From assembly GCA_918797485.1 (NCBI GenBank), contig CAKKNE010000005.1, positions 1,054,001 through 1,118,000 of the forward strand: a stretch of 64,000 nt of DNA, read 5' to 3'. Shown in pieces: positions 54,706 through 64,000 of this stretch. The position numbers and the translations under genes are program-made. The stretch comes from Pelagomonas calceolata. Lineage: Eukaryota. Each line of letters begins with the position of its first letter. Positions within the stretch are counted from its first letter, which is position 1. Below the pieces are notes generated by a model. It was not told where the DNA came from. It saw only the letters and a list, made by a program, of their open reading frames with translations, and ran no database searches.

Positions 54706-55944
54706 TCACTGGAGCGACGCGATGAGCGGGCAGCGCTTCGGGTCGACGGCCCCGACGCCGGGCTTGAACACGTCCAGCGTCGTCGGCGCGAGGAGGATGC
54801 GCGGCCGGACGACGATGGGTTCGTGACTGGCCGGCTGAGGCTCGAAGCGCTCGGCGGGCTTCGGCCGCGCGACCTCCGCGGGCTTGAAGGCCCGCCGCTT
54901 CGGGACGAGCGGCTTCAGTTTAGGGAAGGCCGGCCGCTCGTCAGAAACGACGGGCGAGCACGTCGCGAGCGCGACCTCCGGCGCCGCGCGCTTGGCCGCG
55001 CGCTGGGCCGCGCGGCAGGCGTGGTCGACGTCTCTCGCGGACGTGGCGCCCGGTACGAGTAATCGGACCTCCATCGAGGCGCGCCCGGTCACCGCGACGG
55101 AGTCGACCGCATACTCAGACGGTATGGCCGCGGCGACGGCCTGGTGCACGGCGGCCTCGGCCTCGGGGTCTCGCGCGTCCAGCAGCTCCAGTAACGCTTC
55201 CTGGCCCGTCTCGACGCCCATCTTCAAAACGCAGCCCGCGACGAGTAGCGCCGCGGCGGGGTCGACGAAGGCGCCGAAGCGCGTGCCGACGACTCCGGCC
55301 AACGCGACGACGGACGACAGGGCGTCCGATCTGTGGTGCTTCGCGTTGGCCAGGACCGCGGCGGACCGGTGGCGGCGGCCGATGCGCATCGTCGCGCGGG
55401 CGAGCATTTCCTTGGAAGCGATGCTGAGGGCGGCGACGAGGGCGCATGGGCCCCGGGCGACACTGGTTGTTGTTCTCACGGCGCCTGGAAGTAGAGCGCT
55501 CACTTGGCCCGCGGCGAGAGAGGCGCCGCACGCTAGGAGGAGGCCGGCGATGGCCGCGGCGCCGAGCGCTCCCGCCTTGCGACAACCGCCCGGATATCTA
55601 GGTGAAGAAGTCTTCTGGAGGCGGACGGCCATCAAGGCCGCTCCGTCGCTCACGAGGTCCGAGAAGGAGTGCGCCGCGTCGGCGACGAGCACGCGGCTCC
55701 CGCAGGCGGCGCCGACGACGGCCTTGGAGGCGGAGAGGGCGACGTTGACGCCGGCTCCTATCACCGTGATGCGCGCCTCCTCGGATTCGAGGGTTTTGGT
55801 TGGCGGCGCGCTCGCGAGTGGGTTGTGAACTCGCGCGCTGTGTATGTCGAGGACCGGCGGCGCTGTTGTGGCTGAGGCGCGGTGGATGTGGACGTGGGCG
55901 GTCGTCGCAGTTGCTGTTAAGAGCAAAATCGAAAGAGATCTCAT
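54706..55944 (-). CDS. Cation diffusion facilitator (FieF/MTP6-like) with signal peptide
   Basis: Motifs LVADAAHSFSD, ANAKHHRSDALSS, VDPAAALLVA. Confidence 0.88.
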   Translation of the reverse strand: MRSLSILLLTATATTAHVHIHRASATTAPPVLDIHSARVHNPLASAPPTKTLESEEARITVIGAGVNVALSASKAVVGAACGSRVLVADAAHSFSDLVSDGAALMAVRLQKTSSPRYPGGCRKAGALGAAAIAGLLLACGASLAAGQVSALLPGAVRTTTSVARGPCALVAALSIASKEMLARATMRIGRRHRSAAVLANAKHHRSDALSSVVALAGVVGTRFGAFVDPAAALLVAGCVLKMGVETGQEALLELLDARDPEAEAAVHQAVAAAIPSEYAVDSVAVTGRASMEVRLLVPGATSARDVDHACRAAQRAAKRAAPEVALATCSPVVSDERPAFPKLKPLVPKRRAFKPAEVARPKPAERFEPQPASHEPIVVRPRILLAPTTLDVFKPGVGAVDPKRCPLIASLQ

Positions 55945-56428
55945 GCTGAGCTCTATGCTCTTGGAAGCGCGTTTTTTTTGCTCGGAGCGGCTGTCAGGTT
56001 GCAAAAGCGGGCGTGTGGGGTGTGCGGGGACTCGGTGCGATGCTCGGCGGCGCACCGAAGGCGAAGACGACAGGCAGCAGACAAAAGTCTCGGCGGCGTG
56101 TGTGCTGGACGGCGTGAGGGCTGGGGCGCGTGTGCCCCCAGGGCAATCTGGTAGGCTGTTCGAAGCGCGGCAAAGCGCTCTGGGAAGGGTCTTAGGGCCA
56201 CCCTCCGCCCCGCGGCGCGTCTCCGGCTTTGGGAAACGCCCTGGTCCCACGGCGCGGCCCGTCGGCCGCGCGTGGTGACGGCAAGCACCTGTCTTGACAT
56301 AAACAACTGACGAGGCCAGTCCCAGCGCTCAAAAGGACCTCATGCGAAGTCCGAACGACACAAGCAAAACTCCGCACTAAACACGACCAATCATTTTTGG
56401 ACCCTCCTATTGTCAAACTAGAGAAGTT

Positions 56429-56507
56429 CGCGCCCGCCGCCGATGAATCGGCGACGCGCGGTGTCTCCCCCCCAGGGGCTCCGCCCACTAGTCCTAGCAC
56501 CGTAACA
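56429..56507 (-). repeat. 79-bp dispersed hairpin repeat, copy B
   Basis: Exact reverse complement of 18359-18437; lies ~20 bp past the VIT1-ZIP stop codon. Confidence 0.93.
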
Positions 56508-56526
56508 ATCGTCGAGAGACCAATCC

Positions 56527-58188
56527 TTACTCCATCAGCGCCGACGACCCGCAGACGCACGCCACCGCCGCGAGACAAGCCACCGCGGCGGACACGTCGC
56601 GGTTCTTCTTCGAGGGCGACGACAGCGCGTCCGGCAGCAGCTCCGTCAGCGCGATCATCAGCATCAGGCCCGCGGCGAAGCCGACAAACACCGTCTGGAG
56701 GGCGGCCATGCGCGACGCAAAGCTGAAGGCCGCCATCGCGGATAAAGGCTGCGGCACGACCGCTAGCAACGCAGCCAAGACGCAACTCGGCGCCGAGACG
56801 CCTCGAGAACGCAAGACGGCGGCCGTCGCGAGGCCCTCGGGCACGTTGTGCGCTAGCACCGACAGGCGCGCGATGCGCCCGTCTTCCGGGGATTTGGCGT
56901 ACGCGAGGCCGAGCGCCAAACCCTCGGACGCGGCGTGTGACAGCACCGCCACAACAGCGGGCAAGCCTCGCGCCTTCGCGTCGTCGGCGGGCCGCGTAAG
57001 TAACGCGAAGATCATGGCCAGGGCCGCACCCAATGCTGTTGCCAATGCGCCGTCGCGCGCCGCGTCTAACGCGAGGGCAGAAGCGGTCGCGACGACGGCG
57101 CCGCCGGCCGCGGCATGTGCTAAACGAACGGCCGACGGCCCCGTCGAGCCCATCAAGACACAAGGAATCGCTCCTAATGCAGCGAAGGCCAAAGCCGCGG
57201 AGCACTCCATTAATACATCGGTGGACGCGAGCGCGGCGTCGGCGGGCGGCGACGAGAACGGGCGCGCGAGCCACGCCTGTGTGAGATGGCGTCGCGGCGA
57301 TGGCGTCGTGCGAGCGATGCGTCGGCAATCACACGCGTGGAGAGAAACAGGACGCCGCAACCAAACGGGCAGCTGGAGCGGCGCCGGCGCATCAGTGGCA
57401 TCAAAACCCTCCATCGACGTCGCGTGCTGGAAGGCCTCGAGCGCGTGGCCGACGGCGTACGCCGCGACGGCGGCCGCGCCCCCATTAATAACCATGCCTA
57501 ATGCCGATTCGGCGACCGGTTGCGCGGTCAAGCGGGCTTTGGCGGAACCGAGAGCTACTAGGGTCGAAGTAGTCACGAGACACGACGCGATGAACATGCG
57601 TTCTGGCGTCGGGGCCACAGAAGTAGCCACAGTGGCGTAATACGCAAGCAGGGGCATGGCACCGAACAAGACAAACGAAGCGGCCGTCGTCGCGCCTTTT
57701 TTGGCAGCAAGAGATAATAACTCGTCCTCGTCCTCGTCCTGCTCCTCGCCGAGCCAGTCGTCGGGCGGCACTAATTGCAATCGAGCCATCATCGTGTGGG
57801 CCACGAGCACGTCGTCGACCGTGCTCAACGCGTCGACGCATTTTTTGGCGTCCGCTGTGGAGAGCCCGGCCTTCTCGTAGACGCGTTTCAGCTTGCGGAC
57901 CTTCTCGGGCCGTTTGCCGTTTCGGAGCTCGGCGAGCTCCCGTCGCTGCTCGCTCGCGACGTACTCGTCCTCGGCCCTTTCGGACAGGTAGTCGCCGATG
58001 CCCATGGATAACGCATCAGCGACTAAATTTGCCGCGCCCATTAACAAAACAAGGCCGGGGTGTGCTCTTGCTCCGGCGACGGTGGCCACGATGGCAAAGG
58101 TGGTAATGATGCCGTCTAACCCACCGAACACCAGGGACTTGACGTAGTCGCCGGCGCCGGTGCCGGTGTCCTCATCACTACCGCCCAT
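56527..58188 (-). CDS. VIT1/CCC1 - ZIP metal transporter fusion; probable in-frame intron 57277-57366
   Basis: VIT1 motifs YVKSLVFGGLDGIITTFA, ANLVADALSMGIGDYLS and SFVLFGAMPL; ZIP motifs LSHAASEGLALG, LAHNVPEGLATA, FAAGLML and ELLP; one continuous frame. Confidence 0.85.
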   Translation of the reverse strand: MGGSDEDTGTGAGDYVKSLVFGGLDGIITTFAIVATVAGARAHPGLVLLMGAANLVADALSMGIGDYLSERAEDEYVASEQRRELAELRNGKRPEKVRKLKRVYEKAGLSTADAKKCVDALSTVDDVLVAHTMMARLQLVPPDDWLGEEQDEDEDELLSLAAKKGATTAASFVLFGAMPLLAYYATVATSVAPTPERMFIASCLVTTSTLVALGSAKARLTAQPVAESALGMVINGGAAAVAAYAVGHALEAFQHATSMEGFDATDAPAPLQLPVWLRRPVSLHACDCRRIARTTPSPRRHLTQAWLARPFSSPPADAALASTDVLMECSAALAFAALGAIPCVLMGSTGPSAVRLAHAAAGGAVVATASALALDAARDGALATALGAALAMIFALLTRPADDAKARGLPAVVAVLSHAASEGLALGLAYAKSPEDGRIARLSVLAHNVPEGLATAAVLRSRGVSAPSCVLAALLAVVPQPLSAMAAFSFASRMAALQTVFVGFAAGLMLMIALTELLPDALSSPSKKNRDVSAAVACLAAVACVCGSSALME

Positions 58189-58757
58189 GGTGGTAGCGCT
58201 GTCCTGTCGCGTCGGCGGCGTGCGAGTGTTGCGTCTGCGCTGCGGCACTCGGCTTATTTGGCGCGGCGGCGGCGTACGAGTGCTGCGCTGCGCGGGCAGG
58301 GAGTGCCGCGGCGACGCGCCGCTGCTGTGCTGCAGGGCTGGGAGCCTGGGCTGAGGTTACTGCTCAGCAGAGCTAGTGTGCAAGGCAGATTGCCTGGCTG
58401 GCCCGGATTTCTGGCGTTCACAAAAGCGCCGCCGTTTAGCAGGACGCACTTATGGTAGCGCGTTGCCCTCGAGGTTGCAGGCCTTGGGCAGTCGCTTGTG
58501 AGAGGCGCTCGACGCATGAAGCAATGCGATCGCTCGCAGCCGCCAGACGATCCATCCGTGGCGCCAGACGAATCCACGGATACATGCACCGAAGCTGCTA
58601 AATCTGAAAAATCGTCCAGCGGCTTGGAGCGCCAGCCAAAAACAAAGACACACGCTGGCAACGCAACCCGTGCAAGCAAGATGCACGAGAGAGCGCGGAC
58701 ACGTCCATACGCGGCGCGGAGGCAGCCATGATGCATCCATCAGAAGGATAGTGAACC

Positions 58758-59987
58758 ATGGGCAGCGGCTCCAGTATTGTACAGAAGGCGGACGACGGCG
58801 TCGACGCCGTCCTGCAGGCGTGCCGCGAAGCGAAGGACGGCCCCGTGTTACTGATAAAGCTCACGGGCGCGCCCAAGGCCCGGGTCCTGCCGCGCGGGCC
58901 GGAATCCACGTCGCCGGTCGGCCTCCTCCGGCCCCACGCCTGGCTTTGTATGCCCTACAAAGGTGATGTGGAGGTACAAGTAGCTTTGAATATCGTGGAC
59001 GTCAAGCGCACGACGCACGCGTTCCGCGCCGTCAGCTTTGGTGATCATAAAGACGTGACGGCTGCGGAGACAGTTAAAGTAGAGGGCCTCGCCGCACCTG
59101 ATCAAGATGGCTGGGGCTTGGTCAAAACCTTCCAGACGGGCGATTTGACAGGGGCGCGCCGCAAATACAAAGTGCACGCCCGTTTAGCATCCGTAAAGGC
59201 GGTGCTCGCGCCTCGAAAACTATTCTTGGTGCGCCATGCGGAATCGACATGGAACCGCGCAACTAGAGTAGGGGACGTGGCGACGATGTTGTCGGATGTG
59301 GACCACGGCCTGACGAAGCTTGGTGTGAAACAGTGCGCCGAGCTCCAGAGACATGTCGCGGAGCCGCCCAGGACCGAGGCGGAACGGGCGTTTCTAGCCG
59401 CGAAGAAGGTCTTCTCCTCGCCGTCCAGAAGGACGGTGCAGACGGCCTTGTTAGCATTGAAGGGCCATCCCGCGCTGAGCGAGGGATCTGTAGTATTAAG
59501 GGCGGATCTGCGCGAAGTGAGAACAGCACATGGTCGGGACAACATCGCGCGCGCGAGCGGCGTCGCCATCCGCGCGCAAGCCGTCGCTGGTTTAGAGAAG
59601 GGCGAGTATCCAACTGTCGACGCGGACGGCGTCGCGCACGAGTGGTGGGCGTCGGCCGCCGAAAATGAGGCGACCGTCAGAAGAAGAGTCGACCGCGAGC
59701 TCGCGCAGTTGTGTATGAGAAGCGACGCCTCGCTGATCTTCAACTCCCACTCGAAGTTTATTCGCTGTATGTTCCGCGCGGAGGGCGGCGACTGCGCCTT
59801 CGCCCGCGGCAAGATCGCGAACTGCGGCGTCGTCGCGGTGGATGTGGCCATTGACAAACCCGCCGGGCGTCGCTTGGAGGCCCCGGAACTTCTGTTCGGG
59901 GGGACGTTTTCGAGCGCGGACAGCCGCGCGTCGCTGCTGGAGGCTATTAGGAGGCGGAGTCGATCCGGCGACGTCTCCGGCGGTTGA
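58758..59987 (+). CDS. Histidine phosphatase (phosphoglycerate mutase) superfamily protein
   Basis: LFLVRHAESTWN, DHGLTKLGVKQ, SSPSRRTVQTA, LRE, FNSHSKFIR, IANCG. Confidence 0.88.
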   Translation: MGSGSSIVQKADDGVDAVLQACREAKDGPVLLIKLTGAPKARVLPRGPESTSPVGLLRPHAWLCMPYKGDVEVQVALNIVDVKRTTHAFRAVSFGDHKDVTAAETVKVEGLAAPDQDGWGLVKTFQTGDLTGARRKYKVHARLASVKAVLAPRKLFLVRHAESTWNRATRVGDVATMLSDVDHGLTKLGVKQCAELQRHVAEPPRTEAERAFLAAKKVFSSPSRRTVQTALLALKGHPALSEGSVVLRADLREVRTAHGRDNIARASGVAIRAQAVAGLEKGEYPTVDADGVAHEWWASAAENEATVRRRVDRELAQLCMRSDASLIFNSHSKFIRCMFRAEGGDCAFARGKIANCGVVAVDVAIDKPAGRRLEAPELLFGGTFSSADSRASLLEAIRRRSRSGDVSGG

Positions 59988-60213
59988 TTTATTATTAGCT
60001 TTAAGTATCTAGTTGTTGCCAGTGTTTTGGGGTTGCGTCGACGCCGTCCATCTCCACTGATACGATGCAGTGACCACGTCGGTCCACGACTCCTCCGACG
60101 AGTCCGCTCCGAGAGAATAGGGTAAACGCCAGCCAGCGGCTACGAGAGGCGGGTTCTAAACGCGACATGACACGATGTGGGTTCCTTACTCTAGCGGCGC
60201 GACTTCTTGTCTC

Positions 60214-60551
60214 GCGGTCGCGGTCGAGGCGTGCGCGGACGACACGAAGGGCCAGACGTGCTATATTTGTACGCAAGCCCTCCACTGGAAAACGAAGGAG
60301 GGCCTCGTGCGCATGTGTGCGTGCCGCGGAACGTCGGGCTTCGCGCACGTGTCGTGTTTGGCGGAGCAGGCGAAGATTTTGTGCGACGAGGCCGAGTGGA
60401 GACGCTGGGGGACGTGGAACGGACCGCGCGGCGCGTGTTCGGTGGCGCGCACCCGCTCACCTCGGCCATTGAGGGCGACATGCGAAGCGCGCGTGCAGCG
60501 CTCCGCGCCCGCGAAGCCGGGGAGAGCGTGGTCTTCGTACGTGCAAAATGA
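60214..60551 (+). pseudogene. Internally deleted RINGv-family gene remnant
   Basis: CYIC...CACRGTSGFAHVSCLAEQAK lacks the last CxxC and is joined out of frame at ~60397 to a tail ERTARRVFGGAHPLT...ARAALRARE. Confidence 0.7.
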
Positions 60552-60595
60552 ACAACACCTTATCACAAATAAACACACAAGAATACAAGAATTAC

Positions 60596-61930
60596 TCATA
60601 ACACAAGCTCCTCGAACCCGTCGCCCGGCGCTTCGAAGTACGCGGCCACGTCGTCCGGCGCCGGCCGCCACGCCGGCGAGCGGTCCTTGTCGACGAGCGC
60701 CGCGCGCACGCCCTCGTAGAAGTCCGCCGAGAGCGTCGACGAGGGCCGCACCATATTTGTCATCACGCGGAAGTCCGTGCGCAGCACGTCGTCCAACTTG
60801 GCACCGCGCGCGCGGCGGATGGCCTCGAGGGTCACGGCGGCCGCCGTCGGCGAGCCGCGCCGGATCGCCGCCGCGGCATCCGCGCAGAACGGCGATGCAT
60901 CGGCGTCGAGCGCAGTCAGTATGGACCTGTGTGGAAATCAAATTTTTACGGCGCGTTCGCGCTGAATCATCGCGTCGACCTCCACGCCATCGACGCGACG
61001 CCTGCTCAATGGCGTGGCGGTGCCGGTTCCTCGCCGCTCGACGGAGCCAGGACGGCCGCGTCATCGCCGAGAAATGACTTAGTGAAGAATTGTCGGTGCA
61101 CCCGACGCTCTGGTCGATTTCCACACAGGTATGGACCGGACGTCCGGTTCCGAAAAACACGCGTCGATGGCGTCTGCGTGCGCCCGCACGGCCGGGGCGC
61201 CGGCGGGCGCCACGTGGAAGCGTCGGAGCGTCGCGTCGACGGCGTCGGCGAACGCGGCTGGAGGTTGGTCGCCGTCGAGCGCCGCCAGCGCGTCGCGGAT
61301 TTCATCTATTGACGACGACGCGACGCAGTGCGTCGCCAGACCAAGCGCAACGACGTCCGCCGCGTCCAGCCGCGCGCCCGTCAAGGCCGCGTACTCGCCG
61401 GCGCGGCCCGGTGTCGACGCGAGCGCTAGCGACGCCCCTACGTCCGGGAAGAGGCCGATGGCGACCTCGGGCATCGCGAGCTGCGTCTTCTCGGTAGCGA
61501 TCCGGTACTTCCCGTGGACGCTGAGCCCAACACCGCCGCCGAACGTGAACCCGTCCCAGAAGCTGCATTGGACGACCCTCGACTCGCGGAGCGCGCCGGT
61601 CCTCGCGTTGAGCGCGTACTCTTCGCGGAAGAACGGCGTCGTCGGCTTGTCTTCGAGGCCCGCCGCGCGCACCGCGACGATGTCGCCGCCCGCGCAAAAA
61701 GCTCGCTCACCTTCACCTCGCAACGCAAGCGCGACGCAGCCTTGGGACGCTTCGGCGGCGTCGAAGGCTGACTGCAGTTCGCGCACCATTTCTAGGTTTA
61801 ATGCGTTCAGTTTTTTGGGTCGATTCAGCGTGACGTCGAGCAATGCGCCGCGCCTGTCGACTTTTAAGTGCTCAAAGGCATTGCTGCTCATGGTCCTGTG
61901 GAGCGTGCGCGCGGCGACGTGGAGCCGCAT
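60596..61930 (-). CDS. HIBCH: 3-hydroxyisobutyryl-CoA hydrolase, mitochondrial; exons 61930-61137 and 60926-60596
   Basis: LNRPKKLNAL, AFCAGGDI, FFREEY, AMPEVAIGLFPDVG, DFYEGVRAALVDKD; splicing restores the frame. Confidence 0.93.
60927..61128. mobile_element. Introner element; intron 60927-61136
   Basis: 13-bp TIRs ctgtgtggaaatc/gatttccacacag; perfect duplication GTATGGAC at 60919-60926 and 61129-61136. Confidence 0.95.
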
Positions 61931-62250
61931 GCGTCGCAGGCGGCACCGTGCGCGTGCGGGGACGACGTGTGCTGCGCGGAGCACCTGTTTGGCTTGTGTA
62001 GGCGCAAAGCTTTGGGCTAGTGTCTTACTACGCTAGTTACGCTGTTTTGCGCGCGCGCTTTTTCCCGGGGCCTCCTGAGCTCGCGGGTTTCTACGTCGAC
62101 AGCCTTTGCGCGCTTTTTGAGATCGTCTGTTCCTAGCTCTGGGGAATAGGCACAGCTGACAGCGCTGCTGACAATCTGCTGACTGCTGACAGGGACAGGC
62201 TGCATAGCAGCGGTCAAAAAACAATCTACCTCTGATCCGCAGTGGTCATT

Positions 62251-62985
62251 ATGGATCCAGAGCCCAACTGGTCTCCTATCTTCCGCGCTGTTATGGACCT
62301 TGATGTTCAAGCTCTGCGGCGCGAGCTCGCGTCTGGCGTCGACGTTAATCTGATGGAGGACAAAACCACGCCGCTCTATATGGCTGTGATTTTTGGTAGT
62401 TCATACGCTGAGGAAAAGTTACAGGAGCGACTCGAGTGCATCTCAATGCTCTTGGAGGCTGGCGCTTCAATATCTAATATTGGCCGGGGAGCAACTGCAT
62501 TACATCATGCTGCGAGCAATGAGTCCCCGGCATTCCATCCCGTCATCAAGCTACTCATGGAATCGGGCGCCGATGTTAATGCAGTTGATTCTTTGGGCGA
62601 TTCCGTGTTAGCTGCGGCAGCAGAAAGTGGTACGACCGGCGCTGTCAGGATGCTCATCTCGGCGGGCGCCGTGGGTCTCGACCGAGCCCTGGACCTAGCG
62701 ATTACGAATGGCAAAATACGCAATTGCGCTCAGCTCCTGCGCGCCGGCGCCGCACTACCGGCCGTAATAACCGCGCCCGCGCCGCCGCCGTATTCGCAAA
62801 GGCGCGGTTTCCCGCAAATGTGCGCTTACATAGGGAACATCCGCGCGGCGGGAAATTACAAAGCCTACGAGAAGGCGCATCGTCAGCGCCTCGTGGCAAT
62901 ATTCCTCCCGAAACTGCCTCATCTCCCGGCCGACGTGCTCGGGCGCGTCGTCGAAATTTTATGGGATATTGGGGGTCACGAATAA
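62251..62985 (+). CDS. Ankyrin repeat protein
   Basis: TTPLYMA, TALHHAA, LLMESGADVNAVDSLGDSVL. Confidence 0.88.
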   Translation: MDPEPNWSPIFRAVMDLDVQALRRELASGVDVNLMEDKTTPLYMAVIFGSSYAEEKLQERLECISMLLEAGASISNIGRGATALHHAASNESPAFHPVIKLLMESGADVNAVDSLGDSVLAAAAESGTTGAVRMLISAGAVGLDRALDLAITNGKIRNCAQLLRAGAALPAVITAPAPPPYSQRRGFPQMCAYIGNIRAAGNYKAYEKAHRQRLVAIFLPKLPHLPADVLGRVVEILWDIGGHE

Positions 62986-63022
62986 TGTGCACTGTTAATA
63001 GCTATTAAGGTTACACATAGAT

Positions 63023-64000
63023 CTAACACCCGTACGCCGCGACGAGCGCCTCCTTCGCCTCGGACACCTCGCGCATCTTCCGCTCGGCTCTTAACCGATC
63101 GCCCCGAGCTTTGTCCGGGTGCCACAGCCGCGCCAGTTTTTTATGTTGCTTCTTGAGCCACTTGCATTTGGATTCTTTCCGCAAATCCAGGACGTTGGCC
63201 GGCAGGTCTAGAACACGGGCATGATCTCTACGTTTCTCCCACTGGTCCTCGAGCCGCCGGCAGTCCATCAGCCGCCTTCTTAGATCGAAAGCGTCGCCCG
63301 CGTCGTCGGTCCACTGCAGTCGTTCTGCCTCAGCCCTTTCCCCACCGGCCGCCTCGACGGCGGCGCGCCAGTCGCGCACCGCGTCGTCGTAGGCGTCGTC
63401 CCGCTCGAGAGCCGCCGCTCGAGCCGCGTAGGCTTCGACACCCTCGTCCTGTTGGACCGCAGCGTCGCAGGCCGGCTTCGCCAGCTCATGGCGTCTCACG
63501 CGACTAAACGCGTGGCAGCTCCGCAGATAAAGCGTCGCCCGATACGCCTCCAAGCGACTCCCTTCGAACTCCTCGCCCAGCGCGTCCAGGGCGCCGTAGG
63601 CCTCGTCCAACAAGTCGACCGTCTTGAGGGCCATCCCCTTTTTCAGTTGCTTATCAATAGATTCGACCCTCCTCTTGAGTTCCTTGAGCCCGTCGTACTG
63701 CGTCCTTAAAGGTTTGGAATCGGGGTCGTGCCTGAGACCAGCTTGGACAAACCTAGTCGCCTTGTCGAGGCGACCCCTTTCCAGTGCTGCTGCTGCCCCA
63801 ATGGTCAGCGCGAGCGTCTTCGGCTCGCCCGTCACGAAGGGCGTCCGCATCAGTTTCGGATTATGTTTTTCTAACGCTTGTAAGGCAGCTCCTGCGACCT
63901 GTTCGGCGCCGCCCGCGTCGCCTAGCACCAAACGGGCTCGCGCGAGCCAGACGGCCCACTTGAGCGGGCGGCCACTCCTTACGAGACGAGCCAACGCCTC
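63023..64000 (-). CDS. TPR + C-terminal J-domain co-chaperone (DNAJC3/7-like), 5' end outside the window
   Basis: TPR-like helices followed by KKLARLWHPDK...MREVSEAKEAL. Confidence 0.82.
   Translation of the reverse strand, partial: EALARLVRSGRPLKWAVWLARARLVLGDAGGAEQVAGAALQALEKHNPKLMRTPFVTGEPKTLALTIGAAAALERGRLDKATRFVQAGLRHDPDSKPLRTQYDGLKELKRRVESIDKQLKKGMALKTVDLLDEAYGALDALGEEFEGSRLEAYRATLYLRSCHAFSRVRRHELAKPACDAAVQQDEGVEAYAARAAALERDDAYDDAVRDWRAAVEAAGGERAEAERLQWTDDAGDAFDLRRRLMDCRRLEDQWEKRRDHARVLDLPANVLDLRKESKCKWLKKQHKKLARLWHPDKARGDRLRAERKMREVSEAKEALVAAYGC

Overview
Gene-dense, GC-rich eukaryotic DNA, most consistent with a pelagophyte alga (Pelagomonas/Aureococcus-like). This assignment is inferred from the introner elements, bipartite plastid-targeting peptides, the UGP-PGM fusion and lineage-typical gene families. 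About 30 protein-coding genes or fragments are present. Twelve short introns can be reconstructed, each preserving or restoring the reading frame. Seven are introner elements with terminal inverted repeats (CTGTGTGGAAAT...ATTTCCACACAG or variants) and an 8-bp target duplication that supplies the GT/GC donor. Recognisable housekeeping genes are dapB, a GH81 glucanase, a mitochondrial carrier, DJ-1/PfpI, iota-CA, mitochondrial GPDH, UGP-PGM, an aquaporin, REV1, argG, APC11, a CDF transporter and HIBCH. The most unusual items are an F-box protein with an apparent H3-like/H4-like histone doublet, a VIT1-ZIP transporter fusion beside a CDF gene, and a CobW GTPase fused to a degenerate Rieske-like domain. 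Others are a REV1-kinase fusion, a divergent FEN1/XPG-like nuclease, a 2840-aa protein with about 16 copies of an unassigned repeat domain, and a 79-bp perfect dispersed hairpin repeat linked to a direct-repeat-flanked 4.3-kb segment encoding a GIY-YIG-like/WGR-like ORF. All domain calls are by eye from motifs; no searches were run.
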